Assembly (NCBI GenBank): GCA_910592345.1
Contig: CAJVPI010000011.1
Coordinates: 1-64,000, forward strand
Reading direction: 5' to 3'
DNA from: Paraglomus brasilianum
Taxonomy: Eukaryota
Length of the DNA stretch: 64,000 nt
Shown: positions 1-11,536 of the stretch, piece by piece
How the letters are laid out: each line of letters begins with the position of its first letter
Numbering within the stretch: position 1 is the first letter of the stretch
The notes under the pieces: model-generated
Database searches by the model: none
Told to the model about the DNA's origin: nothing
Seen by the model: the letters and a program-made list of their open reading frames with translations, nothing else
Translations under genes and position numbers: made by a program

Positions 1-1626
1 ACCAATTATTGCTTACCTCGGAAATAAATAATTCCGGCGTTTCATCAAAACTCTTAAACCGTTTGAGTACAACAGTTCGTGCATTCCCTTCCAACTCGCC
101 TTTATATCTGGCAGTATAAACTGTTCCGTAACCACCAGATCCGATCTCTTTGAGTTCGTAAAAGTCGCTACATTGCATGTACTTTACATGCGTGTAACGT
201 CGTATAATTTCGTCCAATATTGGACGTATGTCATGGTAGAAAACTAAATAATATTCCCGAGTAGATGGCTCTCGAGTGATCCCAATTATCATAATATTAT
301 CGGGGGTTAATATCTTCGGGTATTCCTTTATTAGCTATTTGAATAAACAATACAATTATTTACAACAATCAATACAATAACGCATGCTTAATATTATTTG
401 CATTATTTTAATTTACCTGATGAAAATCAAATAATTGATCATCCCCCTCGCCAACTATCTTTTTGAGTGACACTCGTGTCAATTTATGTGTTGTTGGTTC
501 TAACCAATCTGCTATATGTGTGCATCCACAGCGTAATGATGTCATCGCTCGTACGTTTGTCAACAAAGGGTATTCAATCCATTGTATATAGGCATCACCT
601 GTTCTCGTTATATTACTCCATGACTCCATTATAAATAAATCCAAAGATTTGTTGCCAGTCGTCCAATCAAGCGGTCTTGGTGCTTTACAGTGATAACAAA
701 ATGCATTTATTTTAGGTTCTAATCGACGTGTACATGCCAGACATAATTCATCGTCAGCTTTTATGAGACAATACTTTTGTTTACTTGCATCGTATGTAAA
801 TCCAATAGTTATCCAAACATTACTGATGAGAATATCTGGATGTTCATCACGTAACTAGTGGAAACAATATGTTATACTAAGTCAACAATTATCACATAAT
901 TCAATAAACATGTATAATTGAATAGTTTACCCCGTCATAATATGAATCACCCGTCTCATCCGTTATCTCGAGTGGACTCAATCTAACAGCTACACGTTGA
1001 TCAGTAGATAGACCATACAAGTATGCATATCCATATCCCCCAACATCAATGCAATCAAATGGAATCCATTCCAAATAGGCATCATTTGGTGAGTTTGTTT
1101 GTAATTGAGATTTCTTAATAAACTCATCGAGTTGCTTATTGTTGCTAGTCCATCCATTGGATAATTGTTTATATCCACAAATGCACCACACAGGACTACA
1201 TCGGAGTATTCCACACACAGGGCAGAATCCATGGCGGGAATAACAGTGGTAGAAGCGTTCATAAACAACTATGTAATAGTTGTTATCGTATTTGGTAAAA
1301 CCCTTTATTAGTTTGTTGCGTCTCTCAAGCCATGTCTTATATCGTCTATAATGACTGACATCATTATTGTACTTGTGTGTTGGAAGTGAGTATATTCTGG
1401 CAAACTCATTCACAAGTGTTTGTGTACATTCTTCACTACTTTCAAGGAATACCAGTATTATCTTGCTATAGTAATAGTAGCGACCAGCATAGCAGACGTT
1501 GTCGTTGTCAAGTTGAATTGGCTCTATGTTGGTAATTTGCGAGCAATGAATCCATTCAAGTCTCAAGTCTTCATTTTCACTTTGTGAGGAGGATTGAACC
1601 AAGTTGTTAATTGCTGGATTATGCAT
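1..1626 (-). CDS. Expanded-family (TKL-like) protein kinase, multi-exon; runs off the window start; 5' end upstream of 1626 looks degraded
   Basis: The exon at ~18-335 translates to ...ELKEIGSGGYGTVYTARY...RTVVLKRF (Gly-loop plus VxLK lysine). Upstream exons carry repeated CxxC...WTSxN..LD.FI...LEWI modules typical of this fungal kinase expansion. GT-AG boundaries lie near 17, 336/416 and 856/930. Confidence 0.8.
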
Positions 1627-2074
1627 ATCCTTAACCGCTGGAAAGCATTCTCAGCATTTTATCGTGCTACATCGCACAACCCTTTATGTAACCCGTTATA
1701 CATTGTTCCGGCTTCACATACATAGTGGCTCTCGTTAAACCGAAGCCGTTCGTGCGAGACACGAAAATAGACGACACACATATTCAATTATGTCAACTCC
1801 TACAGAGGACATCAGCTCTTTGCCAGGTGAAGGGCTGAAAATATACAGTACTGCCAACCATTGACCTTCTATTTTCTTCCACTTACTAAAAATATACGGC
1901 TTGTTGAAGTAGCAGCATAAACAAACCTATTATTCATGTTCATACAGTAACAATATTAAGTTATTTTTTTCGCTCTCGGAATTTGAGCTAAAATGTGATT
2001 ACTGGAGGGAAAATTGACATATTACATTCCCTGTTCCCGTCTAATAATGGAAATGTGAACAAAAAAATTGGGAA

Positions 2075-2367
2075 CTGTCGTGTCAACAACTGCGGGATAC
2101 CAGACAATCGTCGGCACTAGGAACTTGTCTACTTTCGTACGGAGCGTGGTTTCTCCTACTAATATTTAAATCTCGGTTTACAGTTAGTAACCTTTGTGAC
2201 ACTTATCCTAGATAATTAATTGTCCTCACGGTTCTTATTGTGGGATAATATAAACAATTAATTACATACGTATCGTATTTTCCATGGGAAAATTGCGGAA
2301 CAAGAGGCGATTATTCTTAATCACTTCTATACCGATAGTTTACCAGGGAATGAATCATTAATGAATA
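2075..2367 (+). repeat. Dispersed non-coding repeat, copy 1 (homologous to 34180-34530, minus)
   Basis: Shared blocks in the same order: GTCGTG.C.AC.ACTGCG, ACGGAGCGTGG, TACAGTTAGT.ACCTT, CCTAGATAA, ACAAGAG, ACCGATA..TTACCAGGGAATGAATCATTAA. Confidence 0.7.
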
Positions 2368-3399
2368 TAAAAAACTACTTTATTAAAATATTTATAATAA
2401 TAAAAGAATCGAGAGAATTAGAACACTTTGGACATTATAAACACACTGAACACTATGAACACGCTCGGAAATTTAGAAAACAATGAAACGCGTTGCTTTA
2501 TGTCTTTCGAAAGGACTAATTTATCTATTTTTAGCAATAATTATTTTACTATATTGTTATCAGTATACGCTGCGCTTGCTACACTACTACAGCACTTATC
2601 GCGGCGCAGCATGCTGCACTTTCCGCCGTGGTGTCGACCGATAGTTAATTAGCACTAGTCTCCACAGAACAAAACCAATATTTCTAACATGTTGCCCAAT
2701 TAGTGCAATACAGTTAGCGTTAATTGCATACAAGAGGAGTGATATGTATAATGTTTTAAAATTGCAATAGACACTCATCAAATATTAATGGTATGCAATG
2801 AAAGTTCATATTCCGGGTATTATATTGGTAGCAACTTGGTAAATAATCGTTAATAAGTGATAAGCATGGAAAGAGGTCATACTTTTTGTTTATTATACCC
2901 TGAAGTTTTTTTCAACCAGTTTGTTTAATATGGGGGCATACTGCAACAAAAACCAGACAAGATGAACATAACATCACAGAAGACTTTCAGGGTTCAAAAC
3001 TGCTGGACACCACAGATTGGTTTTACCCTTTTTTCTTTAACTCAATTAATCAGTTTGACTAAGTCACTCTCTTTCTTTAAGTGCAAAAATTAAATCAAGT
3101 TGATTAGCAACGACCAAAAACCGTAGCAGTACTTAAAATTTTTGGCTGAGCAGTTCTGTATACTAAGCTTAAAGGGCAATGCAGCAAAAGCAGCAAGCGC
3201 GTATTATTTTTATGTCACCTGATAAATAAATGCGCAGTAGCATTAATATACGCATTTCATAAATGATTATGTGGAGAAAACAGAAAAGTTAAATAAAAGC
3301 TATGAAAGCAATAAAAAATTATACACGATTACCCATATATGAAAAGTAGTGAACATCATGCTTCCACCGAATATGAAAAGGCAATACGTTTTTTGAAGA

Positions 3400-3835
3400 C
3401 AGGTTGTTGCTCGAAAACGATAAAGTTTGCCAAATTACGCGAGGCGTTTTAAGCTCTCTTTGAACAAGATATATTTTAATAGTGCAACTCAAATTAATGG
3501 ATGGTAGAGAAATAAGTACCAGCAGACGTCTTAAAAACAAAACGCGTACTAATAAACGGACGTTTTACTACTGAGATCGTAATACGCCTCTTTATCTGAA
3601 AACGTATCTCATTATGTTAAAAATGGTGCATTCCCGGTAACATGAACGAATGCCATGATATAACAATCGACATAACCGTTGCTACAGCTGTGAAGAATTT
3701 TCTCGTAAACTATGCTGAAATTCATAGACTGACTATCCAGTAGAAACTCCAACAGAATTTTATACTCTTGCCAGCCAAAACGAGTTACAAATCGGGTCTA
3801 TCTTGATTTATTGCAGGTCTCGAAAACGATAGCGC
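3400..3835 (+). mobile_element. Decayed repeat-derived ORF (putative DNA transposase remnant), copy A
   Basis: Frameshifted translation EQDIFL.VQLKLMDGREISTSRRLKNKTRTNKRTFYY*DRNTPLYLKTYL...VATAVKNFLVNYAEIH...LPAKTSYKS is clearly homologous to 25460-25830 on the minus strand. Confidence 0.6.
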
Positions 3836-5373
3836 GTTTTTAATATTTTATGTAGAACAATGAGTGTTATTATAAGTATAAACATATTGATTTGTGTCTT
3901 AAATAAACTCGTAAAGGCCCGTAAATAAACTGTAAGTTACAAAAAAATTTGAGTCACTAAATTAAAAACAACGGACATTATTAATATCCACGTAAAGGCA
4001 TTCGCTACAATATCATATATAATACCATTTAGATTATCATTTCGACTTTAAAAGTAATTTCCATATCCTACTTACTGAAAGTCGGAAGGTTGAGATTTTA
4101 AAATTTAGCTTATCAAAATGAGTAATTGATATTGTGCGCATCGATATGGGAATTCAATTTCGAGTGCAGATACCAGAATTAATTTTAACGTGCTGACATA
4201 AGTTCGTAATACAGGCCGAAATCGGGAATTCCACACGGATTGCAAAATTCCATAGCATTAATAACAAATAGCACGACGCTTATTATTTATTGTATTACCA
4301 AACCGCTTTCTGTTACCAGACTTTGCAAGACGTAAAAACAATCTTTACGATGAAGTGGTTTGAGCCAAGATCTTTTCACACGTGACAAGATCCGTTATAT
4401 CAATTGCGTCACTCAATTCGCAAAACACTGCCCCTGAAAATTTTAACTCAGACTAGACTCATACAATGCATTGTATTAGGCGTCAATCAATTTGATTTGA
4501 TTGGATACAGGTTATTGCATGACAATAGGAATGTTACTATTATCTTTTATCTACATCTTTATCAAGTGTCAAATATTAACAATATTAATTCAATTAAAAG
4601 CATACATTAATATGCTTTCTTCTTCATATTAGTCATTCTCGTCATGCTGTAATCTATCTTGAGTAATTCCCATTCCGTGCGATTGATTCCCTTGCATGCC
4701 ATCGTACTCGTACTGTGACTTTATACCGACAAGCCATAGGCATGATAGCCCAGTCTCAAATAAGCAAAGACAACATCTCGAATAGACAGTAATACCTCCG
4801 TAAAAGGCAGATTTGCACAGCCACGAACACCAATCATAGCTCTCCATCCACGCAGCGAAACAACAAATACAGCGCAGTCGATTATATACAAAGTGGGGAT
4901 GGCACATACATGTGTACTAAATAATATACGCCATATACTTTATATTATATACTGTGCATACTTCGATGTTACCTTCCATACTTCCAGTATATGTCAAATC
5001 ATGCTCTATATGCGCCATTAGCCATTATCCCAAATTCACCATAACACACATTCATCTGTACTTATCTCCACATTCATCTCTCATCTACACCATTGTCGCG
5101 TTCAACAAATGTATTAATTTAGTCAACACCTGCACACTCCCAATTCTACCCAACTACTCTGCCCTATCAAAACTATTCCCCCCGTCGAACCTCATTGCTC
5201 AATTCATCCAATCCCCTCTTTACTACGCACATCACATCACCACCCCTTTTCATACATATCAACTTCTTTCTGCACCCGTCGGTAGAAAAAAAATTTGTTA
5301 GTTTCTCAAAGAACAAAAAGCCTCCCCTCCAATATCACAAACCTTCCCACCACATACTCGAAAGAAGTTCACA

Positions 5374-7381
5374 ATGGCCAACACTAACACAAATGTTACC
5401 GGAGTACGTATGATATCGCGTTCTTTTTTTATTCTTTTGCTAACTTGCTATCCAAAGAGGACTGCAAAAGAGAGTTAGCGTAGAGAATGCCGCGCGCGAG
5501 AGAGAGGGAGAAGAAAAGGGTTGGGAGTTTATTGTAGTTAGGTGATCGAAAAGAAATAAATATACAAGTAGTAAGACCTTGATTGCGAGAGTTGGCGGCT
5601 ATGATTGAATGTCATCTTTACAACATTCAAAACGTATAGGCAGAATGTCAACTAACTCCCCTTTACTATATATTTCACTACTACTATATCTATACGTAAA
5701 CAGGAACGCGAGAACCAGGTATTTCTCATTGGCTCGTAGCTATTTAAACAACAAGGTTTAAGTTTCAGAGTGTGTATCTGATTCATGCTTGTCACTTTTT
5801 AAGGTTTACATGGCCAAGCTCGCGGAGCAAGCTGAACGTTATGATGGTAATCATTTTATTCTTTTAGTTATTTATGTGATGTTTGCTACTATCACTTGGA
5901 ATGAGTACTAAACTGTATACCCAAATAAACCTACTTTGCTATGCATATTCGCATTGGTTACAGAAATGGTTCAATACATGAAGGTGCGTGTTATAATTTT
6001 AAAATAAGACTTCTTTCACGTGGTTCATAATTCAAACGAACAATCACTCATAATATTGGTCAACTCTCCCCTTCTTATTTATATACAAAATAGGACGTTG
6101 CGAAGGTAATGAAGACCGCGCGGTAAACTGCATACAATCAAAGTGTAGAGACAATCCGCTGATCAAATCGATCAAGTCTATCAAATCACCCCATAAAATT
6201 GCGTCATTCCCGAAAATCGCTTGTTTCTTCATATTCGTCCACGTTTCTTTTTTTCTTTTTCTTTTCTTTTTCTTTTCTTTTCTTTTCTTTTTTCTTTTTT
6301 TTTTGTTTCTCCCTCATTATAACCTGCCGTCTTTTTATTTAGCTCGGTGTAGAACTCACAGTAGAGGAACGTAACCTTCTTTCTGTTGCCTATAAAAACG
6401 TCATCGGTGCACGTCGTGCCTCATGGAGGATCATCTCCTCGATCGAACAGAAAGAAGAGAATAAGGGTAATGAAGCCCAAGTGGGAAAGATTAAGGAGTA
6501 TCGTCAGAAGGTTGAACAGGAATTATCGGCAGTTTGCTCGGATATTCTTTCGGTTTTGGATGAACATTTGATCCGTTCTGCTGAGGCTGGAGAATCAAAA
6601 GTGTTTTATTATAAGATGTGAGTTTGAGATGGAGTTGAAAAGTATTACTGTGCCCCGATTTTGTAGGCGTAGCCTGTCATTAAGAGTTGTAGGGAAAAAA
6701 GAGAGGGTGGGTGGGGTAAAAAAGTTTTTAGACCAATAGTTGAGAAAAACGCAGTCACTATTATATAGTACAATAATACAAGAAATATAAGACTTATTGT
6801 TTCATTATCTTATTCGAACGACAACGACTATACTAATAATATAGGAAAGGCGACTACCACCGGTACTTGGCTGAATTTGCTTCAGGTGAAAGTCGAGAAG
6901 AAGCTGCAACTCTAGCGCATCGAGCTTACAAACACGCAACCGAGATTGCGCAGACCGATCTCGCTCCCACTCACCCTATCCGCCTCGGCTTAGCGCTGAA
7001 CTTTTCTGTCTTTTATTACGAAATTCTCAACTCGCCCGACCGTGCTTGCCATCTGGCCAAGCAAGCGTTTGATGACGCTATTGCGGAATTGGATACGTTA
7101 AGTGAGGAGTCTTACAAGGATAGTACATTGATTATGCAGCTCTTGAGGGACAATTTGACGCTCTGGACTTCAGATCTGCCAGAAGGTAAGCTTTGGGCAA
7201 AGAAGATGGGAGAAGCAAAAAAGCGGCAAGGGACACAGATGGATTATGATATTGGATAGGTGATTCTCTGACTGTTTCGACTCGCCATTAATATTTACAT
7301 GTCTTTTTGTTCTATTTAGCAGCAGAAGGAGAGAAAACTGAGGAACCTAGACAAGATAATGAGCCTGAGGAGAATAATTAG
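5374..7381 (+). CDS. BMH1: 14-3-3 protein; 8 exons: 5374-5403, 5704-5718, 5804-5846, 5964-5983, 6094-6105, 6343-6617, 6845-7185, 7320-7381
   Basis: The spliced translation [69 protein letters not shown]...[20 protein letters not shown]...[22 protein letters not shown] contains both 14-3-3 signatures. All introns are GT-AG. Confidence 0.97.
6245..6305. repeat. (CTTTT)n pyrimidine microsatellite in a 14-3-3 intron
   Basis: Seen directly in the sequence. Confidence 0.85.
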
Positions 7382-8601
7382 ACAATCGCCATGGTACTTT
7401 ATCTATTTAATCTATATTTATATAAATATTTCTTACTTGTCTGCCCGTTTTATTTAAACTATGTTGATTGGGATAATTCTTATGTATTAGGAAATCCCCT
7501 TGATTCCAAGAGAACTCATCTGAGTTTGTGGTGTGCGTAGGTTATTAGAAACAACTAAGAATGGTCCAAGATGGTGTTTGTTATTATAAGTGGTGGCTTT
7601 TTGGGAGTTTATATATAAACAACATTTCTTCCGTTTTATAATTGCCTTTTCGAGCTTGATTTTTTTATATAAAGCACAAAGGAAACAGAAACTTGGTCCA
7701 TTGTAGTTGATCAGTGGTATGGGAGAGTGGGGAGGGGATTGGGAGATGGTTGTGAGAGAAATGGATGGCTTACATTACAGAAGACGGAATGAGGGTCATT
7801 GATTATCGATTATTTACGTGACCTGTTGAATAACGAATTATCTGTCTCTGGTCATAAACAACTGCTGTCAATTACGATGCTACACACCTTTTTTCTATAC
7901 TGCAGTAAGATCGTTATATCGGATACGTGTCAGTAGACCTTTTGTTTAAACGACTGTCTGGGGTCATTGCATCTAATAAAAGGCCTTTTATTCTTTCATA
8001 CTTGGAGAACACTAGTAATCCTATTTGTTTTAGTATTTTTTTGTTCGACCTTCTTCGTGGTTCTCGTTTTATATTCTCTGCTTCATATCATCAGATATAA
8101 CAAATGGGAAATTCATATCTGAATACATCATATGGATTATGCAGTTCCAGATTCCAGATTCCAGATTCAGCTTGAGAATACTAACTAACACGGTTACATG
8201 AAAAGAGACCATCACCATCCGTACATGTATTATAAACTCAATGCGAAGGGATGTAATCACTATGTTCCAGTTAAGATTTATTTCGCATAAGAAGTAAGAG
8301 TAAAAGGAAAAAGTAAAAAGAAAAAGAAAAAAAAGCATGCGAAACTTTTGTTTGGTAATTATATCCCGTCACTGATTATATTCGACATGATTAATCCATG
8401 ATAACAACATCCATCTTCGATCGAGATGACAGCTAATGTGGGTAACGTTATTGTGTTGCAATCGTTTTATGAGAATATAGAAACAAGTATAACTACGAAC
8501 ATATTCCGTATACATTTATAAGCAGAAAAGTATTTATGACGTATATGATGGTGTTTTACATCGTGAGTACTGTACTGATACCATGCGTGATGTTGGTTTA
8601 A

Positions 8602-9472
8602 CTATTTTTGGTTCTATTGAAGAGGAGGATGGGGAGAGAGAAGAGAGGAGAGAGGGGAGAGAGGGGAGAGAAGAGAGAAGAGAGAGAACAAGAGTCAGTG
8701 ATATGATGTTTATACATGGATAATTCAATTCATCTGGCTTGTCGGATGTATATATATACCTTGGGATTGTCAGGATGATCCTTCCATCTCTCAGCGACAA
8801 GTTTAAATGCGGCTTTGTGTTCAAGATTTGGATTTTCAGCTTTGACTTTGGGAAGTTCGGATTTCATGAAGGCATTGTACGGCGATAACTTTCTCTTTCC
8901 CCCGGTTTTAGGAGCGAAAAGGGTAGGGGGGGAAGAAGGAAAAAAGAATATCCATGTTAGACGATTACTGTGTATAATAAATCCTACGAAATTATATATA
9001 CTATATAGTAACGATACTATTATATGTCTACTAAAAAAAAAAAAATTTCTATAAACTTGGTCGTTCTTTCTTCTCATATGACGCTTATATTCTCTATATC
9101 CGTTATATGAATGACGTGGGCCAACCATATTTCTTCTGTATCTCTCATATACTTGTCCAAAATATATAGTTCTATATAGTTCTATATAGTCATATAAGAC
9201 ATTATGTACAGTCGCGCTCTATGCCCACTCTCTAACGAATGTTTCGAGTCCATAATCTAACACCATAATAACGTGTACATCTCCGCACTCCACCCGCACA
9301 CACAGTTTCTTCCTCTTGACCATAGAACAAGACACGCTTCTTCATTATGAGTGTTGTTATTTCCCATATATGGGGTCATATTTGTATAGTAACATATATC
9401 ATTTATATTTACTCGCTTATGTTGTATATACTTACTGGCGGTTGACTTCTTCGTTGCTTTGGCCTTAGGCAT
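8602..9472 (-). CDS. Small YABBY/HMG-box-like DNA-binding protein (~65 aa); exons 9472-9436, ~8908-8760, 8613-8602
   Basis: MPKAKATKKSTA / KTGGKRKLSPYNAFMKSELPKVKAENPNLEHKAAFKLVAERWKDHPDNPK / NQK*. The SPYN.FMK.E...K..NP...H..AF...A..W pattern is the YABBY/HMG-like helical domain. The exon-2 acceptor is unresolved (see findings). Confidence 0.85.
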
Positions 9473-10938
9473 TATGAAAGTTTCTGTTTACAGGTGTGGA
9501 TAGACGGTTGTTTGCGTTCGAGAGTTTGAGAAGAAAAAAGATACAGGTGGATAGGTGGTAAGTGGAGTATATTGGGTATTTATTGGATGATAGAGGGTGT
9601 GTAGATTGGTAATATTATGGGGATATCAGATGTGGTTCGGATGAACAGAAGTGGAATGTGATATTTCAATGTGATGATATGGTATATTATTGGTTTACGT
9701 ATAATAGTGATGAAGACGAGAGAGCAAGTTTATTATTAAATTGTAACAAACAATAATATATAAAAGGCTCATAATATATACAAGTATCTGGGCTTGCTGT
9801 CTCTCACTTTCTTGTTGAACAGTAAGGACTTCTATTTGGTATCTTGTTGCTTTTTTCATCATCAGCGTTTTTGTTATTGTTGTTGTTATTATACTTACTT
9901 TCTATTATCACCTCGATGAATGATATATTGCCTGGTTTTTTTTTTTTTAATATCTAAACTACTATTATTTATTTATTTATTTATTTATTTATTATAACAC
10001 GCATGTCAGTCATTACCGAATACAACTGGCTGACATTACCCCAGTAAACAAGATGTTGCTTCTCGAAAGTGGTGGTGATACTGAAAGTGCTTATCATAAT
10101 AATTAACCGTATATAATCTTCATCTACTACATCAGCCAACAAGGTTCTCAACCTTAGCTTCCCCCCTCAAATGCTATAAACAACTCCCACAAAAAAAAAA
10201 TTGACAACGAATTGCAAAAAAAATGTCGAGAAACTTAACCCGTTGACAATGGCGGGTTTATTATATCACTTAATAATTGTCCCTTCTCTTCTTCCATTAA
10301 TAAAGTAATAAGTAATCAGATAGCATATATTAATATAACACTTACTTGTCACATGACAACATTTATGCATTTGACTATAAACACAACTAAATTTATAAAC
10401 ACTGTTCGATTGCGTAATATATCGACTGGGCAATATATGTTGTATCACGTGACAAACCACATGACGAATAATTATAATTCCATAGTATACTATTATTCCT
10501 CATCCACTCATATATGCACTATCCCCCTATTCCATTCATTGACTTGCCATCTTAATTCTTTCATTCAACTTTGTCTTCTTCCACCAAGTGCTTTATTACC
10601 ATAACCCGACAGTATCATAATTAGACGGTTACACTGTAAGCAACCTGTCATAATCACAATTACTATCTCGAGCAAACTGGGCAATATATCAAATATTTAT
10701 ATAGTGTATGGTGTATGTAATATCACAAGTACGAAGCGATCGTGTGATAATAAATACTATCCAATCACAACAATATTTTTACTTTATCTTAGTATCGCTA
10801 ATTGACACTGACATTAAAATGCTTATCATTGAACTATTAATACTAGACGGCATTATCAATCTATTAATAACTTTATCATACTAACGTAACTATATGGTTC
10901 TTATATATATTGACTTGTACAATAATCATATAATCACT

Positions 10939-11200
10939 TATTGTCTGACAGTCGAAATAACCCCGTTTTCAGAGTATCCCCTGTACTCTCCAATACGCCA
11001 TAATAATGGTGAGACATACAAATAAATTTCTCTCACACACAAAACAGTATATAGGGGGAGTCCTATTTGAGGGTGAGCAGAAAAGGTCACCATTGATTGA
11101 TTGATGTACTCAACAAGGAAGCGCCGCTCCGCTGCAGCAGAGCCCACCCTCTCTGTTTGTTTATACAGGAGAAATTGGGGGTGATACAAATACACCGCCC
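10939..11200 (-). ncRNA. Candidate structured RNA with H-box-like and ACA-box-like motifs
   Basis: GC-richer island with several stems that pair better on the minus strand (G-U wobbles), ATAGGA directly after a 10-bp stem, and ACA directly after a terminal hairpin. Confidence 0.4.
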
Positions 11201-11536
11201 ATATTAATATGCTATAGTAAACAATAGTCTTAATAATTTTCATTATTCGGACTGAAAGCCCATTAATCACGTGGTCGGAAATAAGGTTGGTGACTCCCGA
11301 GCTTATTCTTATTACTATTATTACATTTAATATCTATCAAACTAACCGATTCTCTCCAATGCTAGAATCAATTCAACAATTTGTCTCCTACGCAAAGTAT
11401 TCCACATTATTAGACAATACTACAATCTAAGGGATAATATGTGCTACAGGCCAAGATTATGTAAACCGAAATCCATAAACATGGCAGTTACATTTAGTGC
11501 TTTACATCTGTCTCATTGCGAATTCAAGTCGTCTCT

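Noticed and set aside
4629..4907. 92-aa Cys-rich ORF divergent from 14-3-3
   Set aside because: No recognisable domain or splice structure; it lies in the 14-3-3 upstream region and is probably a chance ORF.
8625..8690. Purine-rich GAGAG repeats giving a Ser/Leu-rich ORF
   Set aside because: Low-complexity intron sequence of the YABBY-like gene.
10938..11270. 110-aa ORF over the GC-rich island
   Set aside because: Non-ATG start and no protein-like motifs; the signal is better explained by RNA-like pairing.
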